Positions 53,739-64,000 of a stretch of DNA of 64,000 bases are shown here, in pieces. The stretch is from assembly GCA_951406725.2 (NCBI GenBank), contig OX597815.1, positions 149,296,001 to 149,360,000 on the forward strand, read 5' to 3'. Within the stretch, counting starts at the first letter, position 1. Every line of letters begins with the position of its first letter. This stretch comes from Octopus vulgaris (Eukaryota). The notes under the pieces were generated by a model. The model was not told the DNA's origin and ran no database searches. It was given only the letters and a program-made list of their open reading frames with translations. The position numbers and the translations under genes are program-made.

Positions 53739-56064
53739 TTTGGTAATACTAACCTTTTATAAAATACTCCATAATAAAAGGTCATTGTAGAATTTAATAT
53801 ATCTGGTTTACTAAAAGATATACAGTCACGTAGTAATCTTTTACGATATTGTTTCAGAAATATATATTTCAATTGTGACAAAAATTACGTTTTTGTTTAA
53901 ATTTCAGGAGAATAGATAACGTTTATATTCTTCTAGTCGAGAAACCATAATGGAGAGATACTAGTAAAAGAATTATAGCGTCAGAGAAGTAAAATAATTA
54001 AAAGGTCACAGGAAAAGAATACTCATATCTCCTTAATACGTTTAAGTAGATTTCGTATACATAAAATTATTGATCATCAAGAGAGGCCATTGAAGAATAA
54101 CGGAGATAGGAGGAGAACTGCTCATAGATAACATCAGTGTAAATCGAAAATAACACTTGAACGATCTGAAAAGGTTAATATTCAATAATGAAATCAGGTC
54201 ACACTTTATATACGGGAATTAATGAAAACATGTTATAGTTGTGCGTGGAAGCACGTACAGGATGTTCTTAAGTATGTTAAAAATATAATCAATATGTATA
54301 GTAATCTGAAAGTTGATCTATAATTATTATAGCCTTTGAACAAATTCGAATAACAGTGTATCTATATTAATGTATCATTGTTCGAATATATTCGAAGATT
54401 TTCTACAATTAATATTTTATCACAGCCCACTTGAGAAGGAGAACATCGAATATTCTTCCCCCACACATATGCACACACCAAGATGTCTACATGAGATGCA
54501 TTAATATGGTAAGGTGGGTCATTTGGCAGACTAGTTAGAACGTTGCGAAGAATTTCTTGCAGTAAAAGTTACGACTATCATCTTAGTTCAAATTCCACTG
54601 AAGTCGACTTCCAATATACCGTTTCGGGATTAAGAATTAAAGAGCGGTTCAGTTATGGTGACAATTCATCTATATGTGTTCGTGTGTAATACGTTGGTTC
54701 ACGCTCATCACATTTTGTCACAAAACGACGTCTATGATTTCCGATAACCAAATACTTATCTATGAAATACTCAGTCAGGTTATACATACATTTTAATACT
54801 CTATTTCAACGGCCAACACCGACATTTGTAATATAGATGCAAAATAAAGCGAAAAAAAATCACTAGTTGTTAAAAAATGAATTCTAAAGAAAGTATCATA
54901 AAATAATTTAAATATACGAAACAAATTATAATACAGCTGGAGTATTGAAATCGGTTTGATATACCTTTTATTATGTAATAGTTTTCTTTGCTTTTTACAT
55001 TCAAAGGAGAGAAAGACAATTCTGTTGCGTTGAACAAGGCAGATAATTTAAATACAATTAAATCAATATTCATAGAGATATAATATATGAGATCGAAGAC
55101 CAATCAATGCAAAAATGTGTGCATTTTTGCTAAGTTGTGGAGAATGAGGAATTGGAATCAAGAGAGATTTAAAAAGGCCTAGAATGACCTCCCCCAAATT
55201 CTGCAGACAACCCACTTTCTAAATCCGATCTTCACGCTGAACTAATGAGACATGAAATTTAACATCTTACCAAAACATTCCACTCCTTGTTTTCATTTCT
55301 CTAGATCTCAATTCTTCACTTTACAAAACCTACATTCAAAAGATATTAAGGTATCAGCCTTAAAACAAAGGAAGAAAATTCTCCGTTAAAGGAAAGTATA
55401 AATTTGACGAACTTCCATCTGAACACCTATACAACTCTACATTATGGGAGAAAGTCAGCAAAATCATTTCTAATAAAGCCGAGGCTGCCATGAATATCAA
55501 CTGGACTAACACCCATGAAGAGAAATGACAAATGAACAAGAATAAACGCAAATTCTTCACAAGAAACTGCGTACTTACCATCTTCAATCACCTCATAAAA
55601 ACAAAGAACGCGTGAGGAAATGAAAAAGTTAGACCTATTATCTCCAGTATCAACCAACATTTTCACAAAATCTCTTACCCTCTATCTAATATTCTGAAGC
55701 CACGTGTGATAAATCGGAAATTCCATCAGCCAAATTCATACATGAGTTACAGAACATGCATATGACAATCTATCTTCCCTCGAAAAATACCCCACTGACA
55801 TACCTAAGTCGTCCATGTTTCCAGTGACGCTATAGGAAGAAATGCGGGGAACTTGAGAATAAAAGAAGCTATTCTAATTACCCAGGACAACTTGAGGATA
55901 AATAACAAATCAGAAGTACACGTAGTCGGTTGACTACTATGGTGACGTAAGAGGTTTCCTGAAGGAGGGGTTCTTACTGCCCAAATATTGATATACTCGT
56001 ACTAAACAATGACATGTGTTTTCAATATTTCATCTAGATTTGCTTCTGCTTTAAAACAATTACA

Positions 56065-56107
<43 letters not shown>

Positions 56108-56686
56108 CGAGTGTTTGTGTGTGTGTTCGAGTGTGTGTGTGCGTGTGTGTGTGTACGAGGAGAAAGAGAGAGAGAGAGGGTTCGAGGGAGAGAGAGGAAT
56201 TAGTAAATACATATATATTCAAAATAGCGGAAATTGTCTAAAAGATTCTTTTCCTAAATTTGTTATTTTACAAATGATAAGTGAATGAGAATATCGAATT
56301 TCATTTGAGCATATTTCTTTAAATAGTATATAAGAAACGTTCGTTATTGAGAATCGATATTCCTTCTTATAATGAATGCATAAAGTCAAGCTGTAGAAAT
56401 AATTCTAAGCTAAAGAGAAATTCATTTTCACTAAACTCACAACACATTTTAAATGTACTTATAAGTGCATAGATACGCACACTTCAAGAAAAATACCATA
56501 TATCAGAGAGAAATCTACACATGAATATTTTTCAGTTTACCTAGCATATGCTTTTCCCGCAAAACTTTTGCCAAATATTATTTCTGTGTTTGTGCGCGCG
56601 CGCTCGTATGTGTGAGAGAGATAGAGAGAGATATATATAATGCATAGAATGCATATACATGCTTTGTAATTGTTACGTATATATGC

Positions 56687-56737
<51 letters not shown>

Positions 56738-56769
56738 GCTTAGTACTTTGATACATATGCATGTTTATA

Positions 56770-58054
56770 CAGGGTGGGGAAACATAATTTACACTGAAAG
56801 TTAAGTTGTTTTTTCTCAGCAGGCACTAAGTCAATTGTTTTGAAACGTAGCTTGTATTGATATCATAATCATACCTAACACTGTTATCCTCACCTTTGCA
56901 GAAACTTTTGCTCATATGAGTAATCAGGAAAGCAAATGTCAAAGAGTGTGTAGTTTGTTGAATGCACTCGTCACACCAAAGGAGATTTCAAGAATAGTTG
57001 GAGTGTCCATAAAGACTGTTTATAATGTAAAGAATAGAATGACTACGAGCAAAGTTATTACGAGGATGTCTGGAAGTGAAGAAATCAACAAAAAACGTGC
57101 CAAAACTTTTATTAAAGCTCTCGAATTCAAAATCCTAAAGGATCCAACCAAATACATGAGAAAAATGGCAATTGAACTTGAGGTAGACAAGAAGACCATT
57201 AGAAATGCAGTAAAATATGATTTGAGGTTCAAATCTTACACAAGAACACCAAAACACTTGTTGACAACAGCTATGAAAGAAAAGAGATTGAAAAGGTACG
57301 AGAAAAGTATTACACGGTTCAAGAAAAATCTTCCATTGTAACGATCTTTTCAGATGAAAAGATCTACACTGTCGATGCTGTTCTGAACCACAGAAATGAC
57401 AGATTTATCACAAAATCAACAGCTGAGGTTAAGGGGACATTCAAAACAAAACATCCTACTCAAGTTATGGCTTTTGGCGTTATGGCTTCCGATGGAAAGA
57501 AAATGCCTATAAAATTCTACAAAGCTGATGAAAAGATCATTGTTAATACTTACTACAAGACTCTGAGATACCAGGTATTGCCATGGCTTAAAGTAAACTA
57601 CCCAGATGGTAATTATGTATGGACACAGGATGGTGCTCCAGCCCACACAGCTAGAAAAATACATGATTTCTGCAAATCCAAATTTAGCAATTTTTTTAAT
57701 CATGTTTATGGCCGCCTTCTAGCCCAAATCTAAACCCTCTGGATGATGCTATTTCGGGCGTTTTAGAACATGCTACCAATAGAACATCACACAGCAATGT
57801 CGACTCCCTTAAATATACTATTAAAGAAGAATGGGAGTTGTCTCCCGAATATTTGAGGAACACCTATGCAAGTTTCAGGAAGCGTATGAAGGCAGTTATT
57901 CAGAGAGAAGGAGGACACATAGAATAAAAATATTTTCTATTATGTAAATGTGCTTGTGGAAAATAAATTCTCATGCCTTTCAATAAACTAATTGGTCATA
58001 CACTGTCTTTCAATCCCTGCCTCAAAATATTGTAAATTTTGCTTCCCCATCCTG
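56770..58054 (+). mobile_element. Full-length Tc1/mariner-superfamily maT (DD37D) transposon, inactive
   Basis: TA TSDs; TIRs cagggtggggaaacataatttaca / tgtaaattttgcttccccatcctg; about 1285 bp. Confidence 0.92.
56916..57927 (+). pseudogene. DD37D transposase, frameshifted
   Basis: HTH region; IFSDEK..RNDR; WTQDGAPAHTA; WPPSSPNLNPLD with about 37 residues between D2 and D3; ends EGGHIE*. Confidence 0.88.
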
Positions 58055-58056
58055 TA

Positions 58057-58100
58057 TATATATATTTATATGTGTATACATAATAATATATATCTATGTA

Positions 58101-58131
<31 letters not shown>

Positions 58132-59000
58132 GCATCCTACACACACAAACATACACACTCACACATACACACACACACTCACTCACACACCTGCATGTAC
58201 GCGCACACACATGCACATACACACACTTCCACACACACACACGTACATACATACACACTCATACACATACACACACAGAGACACACGGACATACATCTAT
58301 ACACACACATATACACACACATACTTACATACATCGGACACACTGACACCCAGACCTACACACAGACACACTCACACATCCACACACACACATACTTACA
58401 CACACACTCGCAGGCGCGCGCACATACACTTGTGCGCGTTCCCGCACGCATACACGCATGCATGAACCTCGCTCTTGGGTACCGACTAGATCTCCTGTTC
58501 GCATCTGGGGCTGTCGCGTGTCTTTGGGTTCTCCCACGCCTGTCGCCGCGGGACCACTCTTCCATCTTTCCCTCAGCTGCAGTTTTTTTTCCTTAATACC
58601 CCCCTTTTTGTACACACACGCACACACATACACACACCCACTCACACACACACATTTGCATATATATATACATTACACTTACACACACTTCAAATTTACT
58701 TGCCATACATACAACTACGCACCCTGGACACACACACACTACCACTCAACACACACACTGGCACGTTACATACGCCCCCACCCTTTCCCTCCTTCTCTTC
58801 TCCCCTCCTTCCTCCTTTTGTTACCACTGACCACTCACTTGAGACTTGCTATGTCAACTACTGTTCGCCCTACTACACACACTTACATACAGACGCACGC
58901 ACTAACATATACATATATTTTTTGTTTTTTTATCTCGCCTCACACACACATACACACACGCACACGCACACACTCACACATACATACACATCATTTTTTG
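58057..59000. repeat. Degenerate (CA)-rich low-complexity tract
   Basis: Direct inspection. Confidence 0.85.
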
Positions 59001-59297
59001 TTACCAACCTTCCTGTCTCCACTCTTTTGGCTTTAAAAACCTACTTTGCCCTTGTTTTCCAAAACTTCCGGTCTTTCAGCATGTGTACTTCGTAAACACC
59101 AGTCGCGTTTTTTTCCCTCTGTTCGCCCACATCGGGATCTTTCTTTCTTCTTTCTTCCTTCTCTTATGTTTCCGACGAAGAGCTCCGCTCGAAACGTCAT
59201 ACCCTCCTTCTTCCATTTTCCTGAGCGCCTAATAATAATAATACTGTAATTGTTCCACGTGTTGTTGTTTTTTCTGTTTTCCCGTTTGGATTAACCT
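59000..59297 (+). mobile_element. PLE pseudo-LTR-like segment with CCGACGA hammerhead motif at 59165-59202
   Basis: CCGACGA-a.gagc.tcc.gctc-GAAAC-GTC; ends at (TA)n; related to 723-750. Confidence 0.55.
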
Positions 59298-59314
59298 TAT
59301 ATATATATATATAT

Positions 59315-59434
59315 ATAACTTATAAAATAAGGGCAAAAGAAAAATATGCCGAAAAAAGACAAAATTGACAATTTTGTCTTTTTTCGGCATATTTGGCATT
59401 AGAATTTTTCTTTTACCCTTATTTTATAAGTTAT
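59315..59434. repeat. Near-perfect palindrome
   Basis: Perfect 26-bp arms 59342-59367 / 59369-59394 with a 1-nt loop, plus outer arms of about 27 bp. Confidence 0.9.
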
Positions 59435-59538
59435 TTATAAATGTAACTTTGAAAGCTATTTTTTGATATGCTGGCCATTGATAAAATTTTGTTTCGAAAG
59501 AAATTTTATCCTACATTAGTTATATATATATGTATATA

Positions 59539-60660
59539 CGAGGGTTGTCTGAAAAGTCTTCAGCCTCAAAAAGCAAAACATAGTACAAGACTTCTGATGA
59601 TATATTTTTCAACATAGTCCCCTTTAATGGCTGAATACTTTCTCCAGCGGTGCTGAAGTGCCATTATCCCGGCGTAGAGGAGCTCTTTTGTTTGAGATTC
59701 TAAGAAACCTCCTATAGTGTCTATGACGTCATTGCCAGTGGAAAATGGCAAACAGCCAGGGCTTTTTTCATTTTGGGGTATAGATGAAAATCAGAGGGAG
59801 CTAAGTCTGATGAATAAGGTAGATGGGGAACAAGTTCGTATCCACAATCACAAATTGTAGCCATAGCAACTACTGAGGTGTGGGCTGGAACATTGTCGGG
59901 ATGAAAAAGGACTCCTCTGGTGAGCATCCCTGGCCTTTTTCCTTTGATTGCTTCCTGGAGGCATTACAGTAGCTGAGAATAATACATCCCTGTCACAGTT
60001 TGATCCTTTCCAAGGTAATCGATCAGCAAGACACCTTGTGAATTCCAAAATACTGACGCCATGACCAAGCCAGCTGAAGGAATGACCTGGCCTTCTCTGG
60101 GGTAGGAGTAGATGTGTGCTTCCACTGCTTTGATTGTTCTTTGGTTTCAGGCTGGTAGTGATGAACCCAACTTTCGTCCATAGTAATAAAAGGAGCGAGA
60201 AAAATTCTCTTCATCGCTTCAAAGAGTTCCAGCATGCTCGTGGACAAAGTGAACATGGTGCGTTCCTGTTCAGGCGTCAAAAGGCGAGGGACCCCATGCA
60301 GAAAGGTTTAAAAACCTATGTTCTTCTGTCACAATGTTGTCTACTCTTTCATTTGAGATGCCCAGTCTCTCAGCTATCTGGCGACATGATATTCGATGAT
60401 CTTGCATTATCATACCAAGAGCAAGGTCAATGTTGTCCTCGGTGGTTGCAGTTAGAGGCCTCCCTGGGTTGGGATCATCTTCCACACTCTCTCTGCCGCG
60501 CTGGAATTCATTTACCCAGCGTTTGACTGTTGCATATGAAGGAGCATTGTCTGTTAAGTCTCTCACAATATCTTCATGGATTTCTGATGGTGTCATGCCT
60601 TTCAAATAAAGGTACTTTATGACAGCACGATACTCAGTTTTTCCATTTTCCTTGTAACCT
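59539..60660 (-). mobile_element. DD34D mariner (irritans-like), frameshifted, 5' TIR missing
   Basis: TA plus TIR cgagggttgtctgaaaagt; ATG at 60646 MEKTEYRAVIKYLYLKG..; ITMDESWVHHYQPETKEQSKQW; HPDNVPAH-34 aa-DLAPSDFHLYPKMK; GDYVEK. Confidence 0.9.
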
Positions 60661-60958
60661 CGAAACTTGTTTATTCCAAAATCTGTAACAAAAAAAAGAG
60701 AGAAAGAGAGAGGAAAAGAGAGATTAATTGATCAGAAGATAGATAGTTACACACATAAACATATATACATGTCCATATACACATTCATACACATGCATCT
60801 ATATATATGTGTTTTTTGTGTGTGTATAAACGTACGTGTATGTTTGCGTGTTTGTATCTGCTTCTAACTTTGTATATATATACATGAGTGTGTGTGTATG
60901 TGTGTGTGTGCGTATGCGTGTGTGTGAGTGTAAATTTATATATATATATATATATATA

Positions 60959-61355
60959 CTAGCAGTATCGCCCGGCGTTGCTCGGGTTTGCAAGTAAAAT
61001 AACTATATAAGCATTTTTAGAGAGTTATAGCCAAAAAATAGCAAAAAAATGAATTAAAAATGGAAAAAAAATGATGGTAATTTTTTTTTTTAATCGTTGA
61101 ATCATCGTAGACATTTTTAGAGAGTTACTTACCTTATATAATAGCGTAATAATGCCTTAAAATAGAAAAAAACTATGGTAAATTTTTTTTAAATCGTAGA
61201 CTCATCGTAGACGCGCGCTAATACCCAGAAGGGCTCGATATGAATCACGACTATAAGATACCCGGTTTTGGTCAAACTGCACCGCAAAATGTCGGAGTAG
61301 TTAGGAATCTAAATCGTAGGAGACAGACACACAACTTGACTTTTATATATAAAGA
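60959..61355 (-). mobile_element. Non-autonomous Helitron
   Basis: Minus strand begins TC(tttatatataaaag) and ends with hairpin cccgagcaacgccggg then CTAG; inserted between A and T with no TSD; internal tandem duplication. Confidence 0.8.
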
Positions 61356-61369
61356 TATATATATATATA

Positions 61370-61762
61370 TATTCTTTTATTCTCTTCTTTGTTTCAGTCA
61401 TTTCACTACGGCCACGCTTCAGCGCAGCCTTTCGTCGATCAAATCAACTCCAGGACTTATTCTTTGTAAGCCTAGTACTTATTGTATCGTTCAATTTTGC
61501 CGAACCGTTGGTTACGGAGATGAACACAGGCTACCATCGGTTGCCAAGCGATAGTGGAGGACAAACGCAGACACAGAAATCCATACATATATATACACAC
61601 ATATACATACAACGGGCTTCTTTCAGTTTCCCTCTACCAAATTTACGCACAAGCCCGAGGTTATAGTAGAAGACACATGCCCAAGATGCCATGCAGTGGT
61701 ATTGAACCTAGAATCAAGTGGCTAGCAGGCAAACTGCTTACCACAGAACCACTTCTGCGCCT
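61370..61762 (-). mobile_element. SINE family B, diverged
   Basis: Reverse complement matches 8285-8757. Confidence 0.8.
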
Positions 61763-61854
61763 ATATAAATATGTTTGTGTGTGTGTGTGTAAATACATAT
61801 ATATATGTGTGTGTAAATATAAATATATGTAAATGTATATAAATATATATATAC

Positions 61855-61891
<37 letters not shown>

Positions 61892-61952
61892 TGTATATGA
61901 AAAGGAACACACGAGTTGATATATATGAAATCATCACCACCATCACCATCAT

Positions 61953-62060
61953 CTTCTCCTTCTCCTTCTTCTTCTTCTTCTTCTTCTTCTTCTTCTTCTT
62001 CTTCTTCTTCTTCTTCTTCTTCTTCTTCTTCTTCTTCTTCTTCTTCTTCTTCTTCTACTT
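61953..62060. repeat. (TTC)n microsatellite
   Basis: Direct inspection. Confidence 0.95.
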
Positions 62061-62360
62061 CTCCACCCCCTACCCCTTAAGTTTGTCACTAATGTTTTTT
62101 AGTATAACACCTACGCTAATTCTATAAACAATCCTGAATTGAACTGAGACTGCCATACTGACCATTATACGACCATATATTCTCCCACCCCCTTTCCTCA
62201 CCATACTACCCTACCAAGAATATATATGTCAGAGAAAGGCAGAATGCCACTTAAATCTGAACACTACTATAGAAATATTCTTTTAAAAAACTTTCTTCTA
62301 TAAATTTATATATATGTTCACTATAAAATTATTTTAGCATTTTCTATTTTTTACTTGTTT

Positions 62361-62410
<50 letters not shown>

Positions 62411-62473
62411 GTATGTATATATATATGTATATATATGTATATATATATATATATATATATGTGTTTGTGTGTG

Positions 62474-62512
<39 letters not shown>

Positions 62513-63104
62513 GTACATATATATATATATATATGTGTGTGTGTATGTATGTATATTAGGTGATGTAAATTTCCACCTGAATGTGCTCAGAATTATGTAT
62601 CTTCTCACGATGGGTGTTATTGATTTTTATTTGCAAAGTAATAATTTCACTACAAAAGAAAAAATACACACTTAGAAGTCCAATCGATTACTAAATATTC
62701 CTTGAAAGCAATCAATAAATTATGAAAGCAAAGTTAATAATCTATTTCTTACTTTTGGAGAGTAAATTAATAGGAACAGAGGATCTGTGTTGAATACACT
62801 GCAATGCGAATGACTTCACAATTATTTTACTTCAATATGTTGAGTCGAGGTCGGGGAATTGATGTAAGTTTAATTTTAACTTATACGCACGCAAACACAC
62901 ACAGACACACGCGCGCGCGCACAGCACGCTGGATATATATACTTATATATCATGAATGTATTTGTGAGAGATAGTGTATGCGTGGGTGGGGTGTATGCTT
63001 ATGCGTGTGTATATATGTATAGCAGTACCTGATGATATAAACTCGCATTCCTTTCAATCCGTTTCTCTATTTCGCTTTCTCTCTATTTAACTATCAATCT
63101 CTCT

Positions 63105-63270
<166 letters not shown>

Positions 63271-64000
63271 AATGCTATGCATACATATGTGTGTGTACGT
63301 GTTTAAGTATATACAGAAATCTATTTAAATAATTGTTTTGCATGCAATGCCAAATCTTTGTTCCAAACATGTTGATAATTTCTCAACTAATTTCACTTTC
63401 TAGCCAATATATGCTAGAGATCTACAGAAAATTAAATCGCTAAATAGGGACTGCAATATTTTCCCTTGGAGCTATAAGATATCTTCTTATCCGTTAATGA
63501 GGAAGTTTCAATGTTCAGAAATGCTTGCTATTTGCATTTTTCGTTTCCATTAAATTTGGATTTTTCAAACCTTTCCGGAGAACATTGTTTAATGTCTCTT
63601 ATCTTAGCACTAAGCATGTTCTTCGCGGTAAGTAAGGCTTCAACTAGAATATCAAATATAATATAAAAAAGGGGAAAATTATAACTATGATTATTCTCTT
63701 ATAATATATGACTTAAATAATTCCATCTGGGATTGTGAAAAATGAAAGCGCACAAACAATATGTATGTGATACAACTCCAGCAGATTAATCAAGTGCATT
63801 GTATGTGTCTGTTTACCATATAATCCTGTAATTATTTTCAAAGTAGTGTCCATTCCATCTAATGGAATGGTCGATGACAGAAGTGAGATATTCTGAATTT
63901 AACGATTTAAAATTTATCTTCTCAAGTACTTTCCGTATATACATATGATGCAAACATTCCTTAGTCATCAGTTCGCTGACCGGTGTCGTCCACTAGTATC

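Noticed and set aside
55130-55900. Coding-like A-rich tract, possibly an old LINE remnant
   Set aside because: No diagnostic motif could be reconstructed
63512-63635. Short ATG frame ending MSLILALSMFFA followed by a strong gtaagt donor
   Set aside because: It could be a first exon, but there is no homology or downstream exon in the window

Overview
This is AT-rich, microsatellite-dense animal DNA, either intergenic or intronic. The SINE, PLE and Dong repertoire suggests an octopus or other coleoid cephalopod (inference). I found no convincing host protein-coding gene, and nearly all ORFs in the supplied track are microsatellite or SINE artefacts. The window is a mosaic of mobile elements: two copies of a CR1-like LINE, R4/Dong LINE remnants beside (TAA)n, an L1/Tx1-type ORF1 fragment, several Penelope-like elements (PLEs) with inverted pseudo-LTRs, a DD37D maT, a DD34D mariner, a fold-back mariner derivative, a piggyBac remnant, a non-autonomous Helitron, hAT-type MITEs and at least four tRNA-derived SINE families. 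The most interesting hidden layer is a set of about 10 type-I hammerhead ribozyme motifs in PLE termini. They include a U3:A8 compensatory core, a recurrent CCGACGA (U4C) core with covarying stems, and a form with an extended stem II. Also notable are a Hydra-like PLE with two long linker insertions and an RT/EN frameshift, and a SINE and LINE that share a 3' stem-loop with compensatory changes. All folds and alignments were done by eye, and coordinates of old repeats are approximate.
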